Assembly (NCBI GenBank): GCA_050950285.1
Contig: JBMNHG010000002.1
Coordinates: 630,654 to 694,653 of the forward strand
Length of the DNA: 64,000 nucleotides
Origin: Kiritimatiellia bacterium
Lineage (GTDB): Bacteria > Verrucomicrobiota > Kiritimatiellia > RFP12 > JBMNHG01
Direction of reading: 5' to 3'
Shown here: positions 52,049 to 61,480 of the stretch, piece after piece
Numbering within the stretch: position 1 is the stretch's first letter
Layout of the letters: every line of letters starts with the position of its first letter
Made by a program: the position numbers and the translations under genes
Notes under the pieces: generated by a model
The model's database searches: none
Told to the model about the DNA's origin: nothing
Seen by the model: only the letters and a program-made list of their open reading frames with translations

Positions 52049-53763
52049 CCTAAAAAGAGCAGTTGAACTTTCAAGTTATCATCCGGAGCATCATTTGGTC
52101 GCCTTCTGAGACTGGGTAGAGCACCCTTCCGCGCAGCCATTTGACGAACGCCGCCGACAAAATGATCGCCCAGACCTGCCCGGCGCTCAACTGCTCCGCA
52201 ATTGCCGCGAGGTTGTTCATGAACCTGCCGATCCTGTCCAGGACGAGGCGGACCTGTCCGCCCAGGGCGTGCGTCGAGGTCAGGCGCACGATCTTCCGGC
52301 GGCCGGTGGTGACCAGCCGGCCGACCGCGTGGAGCAGCAGGGGCCGGGATGTGACCGCCTCCATGTGGGTGTCCGGCCGGGCGAGGCGCGTGAAGATGTT
52401 CCACCAGTTGTAGACCAGGGCGACGATGCGGGCGATGATGCGGCAGCGCCGCAGGTCGCGGGTCACGAAGCCGCCCCAGCCCCACTGGTTCTTGATCTCG
52501 TCGAACACGTTCTCGCAGTCCGCCCGGTCCCTGTACAACTGGGACAGGGCCATGGCGTCCAGGGTTCCGTCGTTGGTCACCAGCACGGCATAGTCCCATG
52601 TCCGCGCGTCCGTGACCTCCGGGGCGAAGGCGAACTCCGGCCCGGAGGGGCGGGGCGGCTCCGCGCGCGCGGGGCGGCGCAGGAACACGCACCGGTCGCT
52701 CGGCTGTCCAGCCGGCCAGCTTCAGGCGGCTCTCGGACGCCCGCCAGCCCTCGCCGGCGTCGGTCCACGCCCGGCCGGGCGCCGCCAGCTCCCGGAGCCG
52801 CGACTTGATCTTCGGCGAGCGCCTCAGCTTGAACAGGTAGGGCTGCCCGCGCGCCTCGGCCTGCGCCATGACCTTCTCGCTGCCGTAGCCCACGTCCCCG
52901 CGTATCAGCCGCGGGCGGCACCCGGGCGGAAGCGAGTCGATGAGCTTCCACAGGCCGGGCATGCCGCAACCCCCCGAGTGCTGCTTCCCGGGCTGCACGT
53001 CGACGCCCAGCACGAGGCGCAGCGCGCCGATGAAGTACGTGTGGCAGTTGTGGCTGGGCCGCCCCGGCTTCTTGGGGTTGTAACCCAGCTCCGCGCCCTC
53101 CTGATGGCCGTAGAGCGGCTTGACCGTGCTGTCGATGTCCAGGACGTACGCCTCGGCGAGCAGCGGCTCGACGACCGTCCGCTCCAGCCCCGCCAGCCAC
53201 GTGTCCCAGGCCTCTTCCGTCCCGCGGCCCAGCGCCCTGCGGACGCTGTCTTCGGACACCACCTTGCCAAGCCCCAGGACCTCGGCCCCGACGCGGTCGG
53301 AACGCAGCGCGTTGATGTGGGCGTAACGCGTCTGCCCGTTGAGGACGGAAAGCAGCAGCGTCCCCATCACGTCGCGCGCGGCGGGGGCATTGTTGCTCTT
53401 GTACTCCAGCGGCGAGGAGTCGCAGAAACGATCCGGCAGGCCGCCGGTCTTAAGGTACTGGGCGAAGAACACGACGGAGCCCGTCGGCGTCACTTTCGCG
53501 TCGGCGTCCCACTCCACTTCGAAGCATCCGCCGCCCCCGCGGACCAGCAGCCTGCGGATCTCCGCTTGATCCAGAAGCGCCCCTGTGCCATCATTCCCAT
53601 ACGCAACGGTGTCGTTCATCCTATACTCCTTTTTTTAGGTTCAATCAGAAGTATAGGGCGCACCGTTGCGTTTTGCACCAAATAGGTGCGGCGCGAATCT
53701 CAACGAAAGCCAGTGTTTACAGGCCTTTGCTCAAAATCCGCACACCCAACTGCTCTTTTTAGG
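52049..53763 (-). mobile_element. IS1380-family insertion sequence, 1715 bp
   Basis: Perfect 17-bp IRs CCTAAAAAGAGCAGTTG (52049-52065 and 53747-53763); 5-bp TSD CTAAA (52044-52048 and 53764-53768). Confidence 0.92.
52071..53619 (-). pseudogene. IS1380-family transposase with one frameshift near 52690
   Basis: LDIDSTVKPLYGHQEGAELGYNP and IRGDVGYG in one frame; LYRDRADCENVFDEIKNQWGW in the next frame. Confidence 0.85.
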
Positions 53764-53806
53764 CTAAATGATTCGTGGCATTTCCCGCTTTACGACAACA
53801 ATGGAA

Positions 53807-55740
53807 GTGCGCCAAGCGAAGCTCGGCGCTTCTTGCGGGGTGCGAGTCCCCGCCGAGTAAGGACCAGCCACCCACTCGTACCGAGTGTTGGCACTATGGA
53901 AGAGGAGTCGAATCCGAATGAAGTAGTGTAAGCGTACACAGGGAACTCCGCAGGCCGCAGGGGGGATGCACCCTCCCGAAGCGGTTCAGCCTCGTTAAGC
54001 GATCATGCGCAGGGCGACATGCTTGCCGTCATGGAAGCCAGCAACAAGGACGCGCAAGGGCTTGCGTCCGGTGACTGCGCCGGGGTCTACGGCGCGCGGC
54101 ATGCGGGGAGAGAAGCGAACGGGAACTTGGGAGACCCGCCGCCGTCCGCGCCCTGCGAGGGGCGTGGTAGCGTCCGCCGAGCCGAAAGGGAAGGCGGCGC
54201 GACGCGGCGGCGGGAGTCAGACCGCCCCATAGTACTCCGAGACGGGCGAGCCGGTCACACGGGGAAGGGGGCGGCGGGGCTGCGAAGCCCGCAAAGGGAA
54301 CAGGCAAGGACGGATATGAGAGGCTGTCAAACACTGCAAACCTCACTGCGGGGAATAGCGGATCGGGCGCGACGCGACCCGAAGGCGCGATTCCGCGACG
54401 TGTACAGGCTGCTCGACGAGGCGAACCTGCGCGAGTGCTTCCGAGCGCTGCGCAGGGACGCCGCGCCGGGGGTTGACCGGGTGACGTTCGATGATTACGA
54501 GCGCGACCTGGAGGCCAATCTCTCGGCACTGGTCGAGCGGCTCAAGCACAAGCGGTACCGCGCCCGACTGGTGCGCAGGGTGTACATCCCGAAGGGAGGC
54601 GGGAAACTGCGTCCCCTCGGAATCCCTGTGCTGGAGGACAAACTGCTGCAAATGGCCGTGGCGAAGGTGCTCACGGCGATCTACGAAGAGGACTTCCTGC
54701 CGGCGAGCCGGGGCTACCGTCCCGGCGGCGACGCCCGCGAGACGAGCCGCGAATGGGCGGCGAGGCTCGGCGGGGGGAGCTACGCGTGGGTGGTCGATGC
54801 GGACATCAAGGGCTTCTTCGAGCATGTCGATCACGACTGGATGCTCAGGATGCTGGAGCTTCGCATCGACGACAAGCCGTTTCTGCGGCTGGTGCGCAAA
54901 TGGCTCAAGGCGGGAGTGCTCGAAACGGACGGACGGGTGCTGCATCCGACGGAAGGGACGCCCCAAGGCGGGGTGGTCTCGCCGGTGCTGGCGAACGTCT
55001 ACCTGCACTACGCGCTGGATCTCTGGTTCGACCGCGTGGTCAGGAGGACGACGCCGGGCCGATGCGTGATGCTGCGCTACGCCGACGACTTCGTGGTCGC
55101 CTTCGAGCGGCGCGAGGACGCGGAACGCTTCCTTGGGGAACTGCCCGGGCGACTGGGCAAGTTCGGCCTGGAGCTGTCGGGGGAGAAGACGCGGCTGGTG
55201 CGCTTCGAGCGGGGCAACCCGTCGGGCGACAACGGCGGCTTCGACTTCCTGGGGTTCCAGTACCACTGGGAGCGTACGCGAAACGGACGCTGGAAGGTGC
55301 AGCGCCGGACGGCTCCGAGCCGTCTCCGGCGGTCGGTGGAACGCTTCGCCGAGTGGATCAAGGCCAACCGGGGCGGACGCCTGCCCGTTCTCATGGAACG
55401 GCTGGGGCGCAAGCTCGCGGGGTACTGGCAGTACTACGGCGTGACGGGCAACGGGCGCAGCCTGTGCAAGTTCTGGAGGCAGGTGGTGGCTGGGCTCTAC
55501 AAGTGGCTCAACCGCAGAAGCCAGAAGCGGGGCTTGACCTGGGTCCGTCTCAATGCGATCCTCAAGCGCCACGGGGTGCCGGGACCGCGGATCACCGAGA
55601 GCGGGCAGATGCTGTTTTCCTTCATGGGGGCGCGTTGAAGACCGAGTGCAAAGCGAGCAGTCCCGAAGAGCCCGGTGCGGGAATTCCGCACGCCGGGATC
55701 CGTGCGGGGGGCGCCCGGCAACGGGCGTCCCTACCGCGAT
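53807..55740 (+). mobile_element. Group II intron 1 (1934 nt, En-minus)
   Basis: 5' GTGCG; domain V GAGCCCGGTGCGGGAATTCCGCACGCCGGGATC at 55668-55700; domain VI hairpin with a bulged A; 3' end ...CGAT. Removal gives GAC AAC AAT GGA A|AC ATC ACG GCC = DNNGNITA. Confidence 0.95.
54316..55638 (+). CDS. ltrA: Group II intron reverse transcriptase/maturase
   Basis: APGVD, IPKGGGKLRPLGIP, VVDADIKGFF, GTPQGGVVSPVLANVYLH, RYADD, FDFLGF, domain X; no HNH domain. Confidence 0.95.
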   Translation: MRGCQTLQTSLRGIADRARRDPKARFRDVYRLLDEANLRECFRALRRDAAPGVDRVTFDDYERDLEANLSALVERLKHKRYRARLVRRVYIPKGGGKLRPLGIPVLEDKLLQMAVAKVLTAIYEEDFLPASRGYRPGGDARETSREWAARLGGGSYAWVVDADIKGFFEHVDHDWMLRMLELRIDDKPFLRLVRKWLKAGVLETDGRVLHPTEGTPQGGVVSPVLANVYLHYALDLWFDRVVRRTTPGRCVMLRYADDFVVAFERREDAERFLGELPGRLGKFGLELSGEKTRLVRFERGNPSGDNGGFDFLGFQYHWERTRNGRWKVQRRTAPSRLRRSVERFAEWIKANRGGRLPVLMERLGRKLAGYWQYYGVTGNGRSLCKFWRQVVAGLYKWLNRRSQKRGLTWVRLNAILKRHGVPGPRITESGQMLFSFMGAR

Positions 55741-56684
55741 ACATCACGGCCTATGTTGACGAGAACGGCACCATCGTGGCGGAATATACCTACGATGCCT
55801 TCGGCCGCACCATCGCGGCAACCGGATCTCTAGCCGACGCCTTCCGCCACCGTTTCAGCACGAAATATTACGATGCCGAAACCGGTCTCTACTACTACGG
55901 CTACCGGTTCTACGCCCCCGAGTTGATGCGGTGGCTGAACCGGGATCCGATTGGAGAGGCCGGGGGTGACAGCCTATACATATACTGTGGAAACAATCCT
56001 TCGGATAATTTTGATTCACATGGTCATGTCTGGGTTGTAAATAGAAAAGCAGAACTACCATATGCAATTGCAATAGCAAATCATGATAATGACAATTTTG
56101 ACGATCTGGCGGAATTGCTGGGATTAGATAGTAAGGACTACACTGACTGGGCTCATACCTCCGACTCCTCTGCAATAAAATGCAAGGAATACAAAATACC
56201 TAACACCATATATTACCAACATGGGCAGCTTAAGCTGCACGATCATGTTTTCTCCAATATAATTAACATATGGCGCAATCAGAATCTTCAGCAAGCCGAT
56301 CTTGATCGTGAAAGCAAATTCCATGTTATATGGCAGGAGAATGTCGCGGATAACGCTATTTCAGAAGCATTAGGCAATCCATATTTATATCAATATATTT
56401 TCACCGGGCATGGAGCGCTGGATGGTATAATTAACTCATACAAGAGTGAAGGTATAATGCCGGGGAGATATACCAAATATGGCATAAATTTGTTGCGATT
56501 AAATGCGTGTGGAAGTGCAGACAAAGGACTTGTTGCTTCAAAGGGGATATTTTATAAGTATAACGAGTGGGAATGGAACGTTGCTGTTCGGGGTAAATTT
56601 GTTGGATATGCCGGAGAGATAAACACTTTCACTGAAGTTCTTGGTTGGCGCATAACTTTGGGCAAGAACAGGAAAGGATATTGA
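55741..56684 (+). pseudogene. Orphan RHS cassette 4, 3' exon: core end plus a tip homologous to the main-gene tip
   Basis: ITAYVDENG...FSTKYYDAETGLYYYG...NNPSDNFDSHGH, then an AT-rich tip with YIFTGHG and LNACGS. Confidence 0.85.
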
Positions 56685-57205
56685 TGACAACACGCATGTT
56701 TAAAGGTTTTTTTGGGGGTGATTTCGTTTTTCGTGGCTGCAGGCTATGTGCCGTTGTTAGCCTTGTATTGCTTCTGGTCGGAATTTTCATATCCCCCTTA
56801 ACGCGCTCAAAAGAAACAGAAACTAAAAACATTATTAGGCAAGTATACGCACTTGTCGAATACGTCGCATTTGCCAATGGACTCAGTTCGGAAGATCTTC
56901 TATCAGCACAATCGGAAACCAATACCCCTGCATTATTCTTGGAAAGCATTACTAGGCAAGCTCTTTCTGAAGGTCTCGCTCCGCCTTCCTTAAAGAACGG
57001 GACAATAACTGACCGGTGGGGAAGGCAGCTTAATGTCGCATGGCGTTACAGTCTAGCCGAGAATGGTGATGCCAAGAGATTGTCACAGTATCCCTCGATA
57101 TTTGTTGTCTGGTCTTCAGGAAATAACGGGATAAACGAGTTCGGGGATGGAGATGATGTGAGTTTGCCGCCTCACATGTTTAGCTGTAACCATGTTGCAG
57201 ATTGA
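56684..57205 (+). CDS. Putative immunity protein; membrane anchor plus a GspG-like C-terminal motif
   Basis: TGATG overlap with the toxin stop; one TM helix; DRWGRQL...FVVWSSGNNGINEFGDGDDV. Confidence 0.6.
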   Translation: MTTRMFKGFFGGDFVFRGCRLCAVVSLVLLLVGIFISPLTRSKETETKNIIRQVYALVEYVAFANGLSSEDLLSAQSETNTPALFLESITRQALSEGLAPPSLKNGTITDRWGRQLNVAWRYSLAENGDAKRLSQYPSIFVVWSSGNNGINEFGDGDDVSLPPHMFSCNHVAD

Positions 57206-57249
57206 AGTAACATCACAAGCACACCAATCTAATACATTGGAGCGCGAAG

Positions 57250-57619
57250 ATGCACTTTATAATCACTGATCGCCAACATAAAGACACCGCCATCACCTAT
57301 GGCGGCGACACACCCGCCATCGCGCTTACCTACGCCTACACGTCCGACAACCGTGATGAGGGCTACACCATCACACTGCCCAACGGCATGCTCCTCTCCC
57401 GTACCGTCATCCACGACCCCTACCGACGCAGTCTGGTAAAAGCCATCACCAACAGCGCCAGCGGTGTGCCGCACAAACCGCTGGCCTACACCTACGACCT
57501 CCTCAACCGCGTCACGTCACGAAACGCCGACACCTTTGATTACAACGCCCGCTCCGAGGTCACTTCCGCCATCATCCAGCCCGCCCACACCAACCGCTAC
57601 GCCTTCGACAACATAGGCA
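57250..57619 (+). pseudogene. Orphan RHS cassette 5, 5' exon (short internal RHS fragment)
   Basis: 57450-57619 is close to the main gene at ~34600-34773 (PLAYTYDLLNRVTSRNADTFDYNARSEVTSAIIQPAHTNRYAFDNIG). Left boundary is approximate. Confidence 0.82.
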
Positions 57620-59551
57620 GTGCGCCAAGCGAAGCTCGGCGCTTCTTGCGGGGTGGAAGTCCCCGCCGAGTAAGGACCAGCCATCCACTCGTACCGAGTG
57701 TTGGCACTATGGAAGAGGAGTCGAATCCGAATGAAGTAGTGTAAGCGTACACAGGGAACTTCGCAGGCCGCAGGGAGGATGCACCCTCCCGAAGCGGTTC
57801 AGCCCCGTTAATTGATCATGCGCAGGGCGACATGTTTGCCTACATGGAAGCCAGCAACAAGAACGCGCAACTGGCTTGCGTCCGGTGACTGCGCCGGGGT
57901 CTACGGCGCGCGGCATGTGGAGAGAGAAGCGAACGGGAACTTGGGAGACCCGTCGCCGTCCGCGTCCGCGAGGGCGCGGTAGCGACCGCCGAGCCGAAGG
58001 GGAAGGCGGCGCGACGCGGCGGCGGGAGTCAGACCGCCCCATAGTACTCCGAGACGGGCGAGCCGATCACACGGGGAAGGGGGCGGCGGGGCTGCGAAGC
58101 CCGCAAAGGAAACAGGAAAGATGGACACGACAGGCTGTCAAACACTGCAAACCTCACTGCGGGGAATAGCGGATCGGGCGCGACGCGACCCGAAGGCGCG
58201 ATTCCGCGACGTGTACAGGCTGCTCAACGAGGCGAACCTGCGCGAATGCTTTCGGGCGTTGCGAAGGGACGCCGCGCCGGGGATTGACCGGGTGACGTTC
58301 GACGACTACGAACGCGACCTCGACGCCAACCTCGCGGCGTTGGTCGAGCGGCTCAAGCACAAGCGGTACCACGCCCGACTGGTGCGCAGGGTGAACATTC
58401 CAAAGGGGGGCGGGAAACTGCGTCCCCTCGGAATCCCTGTGCTGGAGGACAAACTTCTGCAAATGGCCGTGGCGAAGGTGCTAACGGCGATCTACGAAGA
58501 GGACTTCCTGCCGGCGAGCCGGGGCTACCGTCCCGGCGGCGACGCCCGCGAGGCCAGCCGCGAATGGGCGGCGAGGCTCGGCGGGGGGAGCTATGCGTGG
58601 GTGGTCGATGCGGACATCAAGGGCTTCTTCGAGCACGTCGATCACGACTGGATGCTCAGGATGCTGGAGCTTCGCATCGACGACAAGCCGTTTCTGCGGC
58701 TGGTGCGCAAATGGCTCAAGGCGGGGGTGCTCGAAACGGACGGACGGGTGCTGCATCCGACGGAGGGGACGCCCCAAGGCGGGGTGGTCTCGCCGGTGCT
58801 GGCGAACGTCTACCTGCACTACGCGCTGGATCTCTGGTTCGACCGCGTGGTCAGGAGGACGACGCCGGGCCGATGCGTGATGCTGCGCTACGCCGACGAC
58901 TTCGTGGTCGCCTTCGAGCGGCGCGAGGACGCGGAACGCTTCCTTGGGGAACTGCCCGGGCGACTGGGCAAGTTCGGCCTGGAGCTGTCGGGGGAGAAGA
59001 CGCGGCTGGTGCGCTTCGAGCGGGGCAACCCGTCGGGCGACAACGGCGGCTTCGACTTCCTGGGGTTCCAGTACCACTGGGAGCGTACGCGAAACGGACG
59101 CTGGAAGGTGCAGCGCCGGACGGCTCCGAGCCGTCTCCGGCGGTCGGTGGAACGCTTCGCCGAGTGGATCAAGGCCAACCGGGGCGAACGCCTGCCCGTT
59201 CTCATGGAACGGCTGGGGCGCAAGCTCGCGGGGTACTGGCAGTACTACGGCGTGACGGGCAACGGGCGCAGCCTGTGCAAGTTCTGGAGGCAGGTGGTGG
59301 CTGGGCTCTACAAGTGGCTCAACCGCAGAAGCCAGAAGCGGGGCTTGACCTGGGTCCGTCTCAATGCGATCCTCAAGCGCCACGGGGTGCCGGGACCGCG
59401 GATCACCGAGAGCGGGCAGATGCTGTTTTCCTTCATGGGGGCGCGTTGAAGACCGAGTGCAAAGCGAGCAGTCCCGAAGAGCCCGGTGCGGGAATTCCGC
59501 ACGCCGGGATCCGTGCGGGGGGCGCCCGGCAACGGGCGTCCCTACCGCGAT
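57620..59551 (+). mobile_element. Group II intron 2 (1932 nt), variant of intron 1
   Basis: Same 5' GTGCGCCAAGCGAAG and 3' CCCTACCGCGAT ends. Removal gives GAC AAC ATA GGC A|AC TTG CTG ACC = DNIGNLLT. Confidence 0.95.
58121..59449 (+). CDS. ltrA: Group II intron reverse transcriptase/maturase
   Basis: Nearly identical to 54316-55638; intact YADD. Confidence 0.95.
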   Translation: MDTTGCQTLQTSLRGIADRARRDPKARFRDVYRLLNEANLRECFRALRRDAAPGIDRVTFDDYERDLDANLAALVERLKHKRYHARLVRRVNIPKGGGKLRPLGIPVLEDKLLQMAVAKVLTAIYEEDFLPASRGYRPGGDAREASREWAARLGGGSYAWVVDADIKGFFEHVDHDWMLRMLELRIDDKPFLRLVRKWLKAGVLETDGRVLHPTEGTPQGGVVSPVLANVYLHYALDLWFDRVVRRTTPGRCVMLRYADDFVVAFERREDAERFLGELPGRLGKFGLELSGEKTRLVRFERGNPSGDNGGFDFLGFQYHWERTRNGRWKVQRRTAPSRLRRSVERFAEWIKANRGERLPVLMERLGRKLAGYWQYYGVTGNGRSLCKFWRQVVAGLYKWLNRRSQKRGLTWVRLNAILKRHGVPGPRITESGQMLFSFMGAR

Positions 59552-60948
59552 ACTTGCTGACCAACGGCGTTTGGTCTTACACGTGGGACTGCGAGAATCG
59601 GCTTGCCACGGCGTCCTCAAACAACGTTTGCGTTGTTTCCAACGCCTACGACTACCTTTCCCGCCGCGTCCTGAAGGCCACGCCCGAGGCGGTTCACGCC
59701 TTCGTCTACGACGGCTGGAACTTGATCCACGAAACCGTGACGGCAGTCAACGGCGACGTTTCGGAAATCCAGTACTTCTGGGGGCCCGACCTCTCCGGCA
59801 CGCTCCAAGGCGCGGGCGGCGTCGGCGGCTTGCTGGCCGTTTCCATCAACGGGCAGTTCTACCTGCCTTGCGTTGACAACAACGGCAACATCACCGCCTA
59901 TGTTGGAGAAACTGGCTCTGTCGTGGCAGAGTATGTCTATGACGCCTATGGAGGCGCCATTGCCCAAACCGGAAGCATGGCAGATGCCTTCCGCCATCGT
60001 TTCAGCACAAAATACTACGACGTAGAAACGGGGCTTTACTACTACGGACGCCGGTTCTACTCGCCAACGCTCCACCGCTGGCTCAACCGTGATCCGATCC
60101 AAGAACAAGGAGGGGCGAATCTGTATGCGTTTTGCAGAAATGATGGAGTGAACGCCGTGGATTTGCTGGGGCTTGCCTTGTATGCCTTTGATGGAACCTG
60201 GAATGACAAGGACAAAATGAAGCGTCCGACCAATGTCGCCAAGCTATATGAAGCTTACCAGAATCCAAGCAAAGTATACATGAAAGGAATTGGAACAGCC
60301 TCCTTGACAAGGGTGATCGGCGGCATAACGGGCGCTGGTGGTAAAAGCCGAGTTCATGCTATGTATCGTAGGCTTGTGAAATTTTACAATACACCTGATT
60401 CAACTGGCGAAAATCAAAAAATTGATGTCATCGGCTTCAGTCGTGGCGCAGCGCTTGCGCGCGATTTCGTGAACTACATCAACGAGCAAGGCGGCGTGCC
60501 CAGAACGACGAAAAACGGCAAGGAAATTGTTTGCCCCGTGACGATTCGCTTCCTGGGCCTTTTTGACACGGTGGCCTCCTTTGGGATACCCGGAAATGGC
60601 GTAAACCTCGGATACGATCTCTCCATCCCCGGCAACGTGGAACAGGTTCGCCATGCGATTGCCCAAGATGAATATCGCGGCATGTTCCCCCTCTCGCCCG
60701 TTTTGGATCCGGACGGGACCGGTGTCGATCCAAGAATCGTTGAACGTCCCTTCCGGGGCTCGCATTCTGATATCGGCGGAGGATATGACGTTGGAGACCG
60801 ATCGAATTTCGCCTTGAACTGGATGTATCACGAGGCCATCCGAGTGGGCGTGCCCTTTGGGCCGCTCAATCCCGAAGACATCGGCGCAAGCGATCCGGTC
60901 ATGCACGACACCGGAGGCACGGGGCCCCGGGACATCGATTACCCATAA
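59552..60948 (+). pseudogene. Orphan RHS cassette 5, 3' exon: RHS core plus a Tle1/DUF2235 phospholipase-like tip
   Basis: Core is close to cassette 2 from 38581; AVDLLGL then FDGTWND, TNVAKLY, IGFSRGAALAR, FLGLFDTV, HAIAQDEYR, FRGSHSDIGGGY. Confidence 0.9.
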
Positions 60949-60972
60949 GGACCAGCAAACGAGGAGATTGCC

Positions 60973-61359
60973 ATGAAGAGAAAGCCAATCCGTATTTTTC
61001 CATCAGCAACGGTTTCGATTATGATGTCGGCGCTTGGGGGATGCATGACACGGGACTATGCGGTCGGAATAAGAAACAGAACCGAAAAGATGATACATGA
61101 AGCCAGTGTGTCATACGATGGGTTCCAGTCGGTTGGAGGTACAATTGGGGCAGGTCGCGCTTCCGTACACCATTCTCCAGAAGTCCCCATACCCAAGGTT
61201 GCACAAGTCGAATGGCAAACAGAAGACGGTGTTTTTCATCGGCGGAATGTCGAGGTTAAAAAACATATGCCAAGAGGTTTTGGCGTGTATTGGTATTTGA
61301 TGTTTGAAATCACGGACGGGGAGGTTGTTCTTCGCTTTTTGGAAGACAGGGGGCAATAA
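60973..61359 (+). CDS. Putative immunity lipoprotein for the Tle1-like tip
   Basis: GAGGAG RBS; lipobox-like ALGGC; directly after the toxin. Confidence 0.68.
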   Translation: MKRKPIRIFPSATVSIMMSALGGCMTRDYAVGIRNRTEKMIHEASVSYDGFQSVGGTIGAGRASVHHSPEVPIPKVAQVEWQTEDGVFHRRNVEVKKHMPRGFGVYWYLMFEITDGEVVLRFLEDRGQ

Positions 61360-61480
61360 AGATGTGAAGTACGGAGCCTCGGGACACCCATTGTCCATAA
61401 GGATCAGCAAATGAGGAGTTGTGGGAACTCGTTCAGTTGAAAACAAGCAGGAAAGCCGTAGCAAAGGAGATGTTGTGACT

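Noticed and set aside
53990..54003. GTTAAGC / GTTAATT as an EBS2 explaining the shared CGACAAC exon motif
   Set aside because: It is not complementary to GACAAC at the expected position, so I could not identify an EBS2 by eye.
54753..56684. ORF-track entries 54753-56684 and 58564-60948 suggesting long proteins that fuse intron sequence to RHS
   Set aside because: Their N-terminal parts are off-frame readings of the GC-rich RT gene. RHS similarity starts exactly at the intron 3' ends (55741 and 59552).
53807..59551. RT genes as a diversity-generating retroelement or retron
   Set aside because: They have YADD, domain X, GTGCG...AT boundaries and domains V/VI. I found no template/variable repeat pair differing only at adenines.
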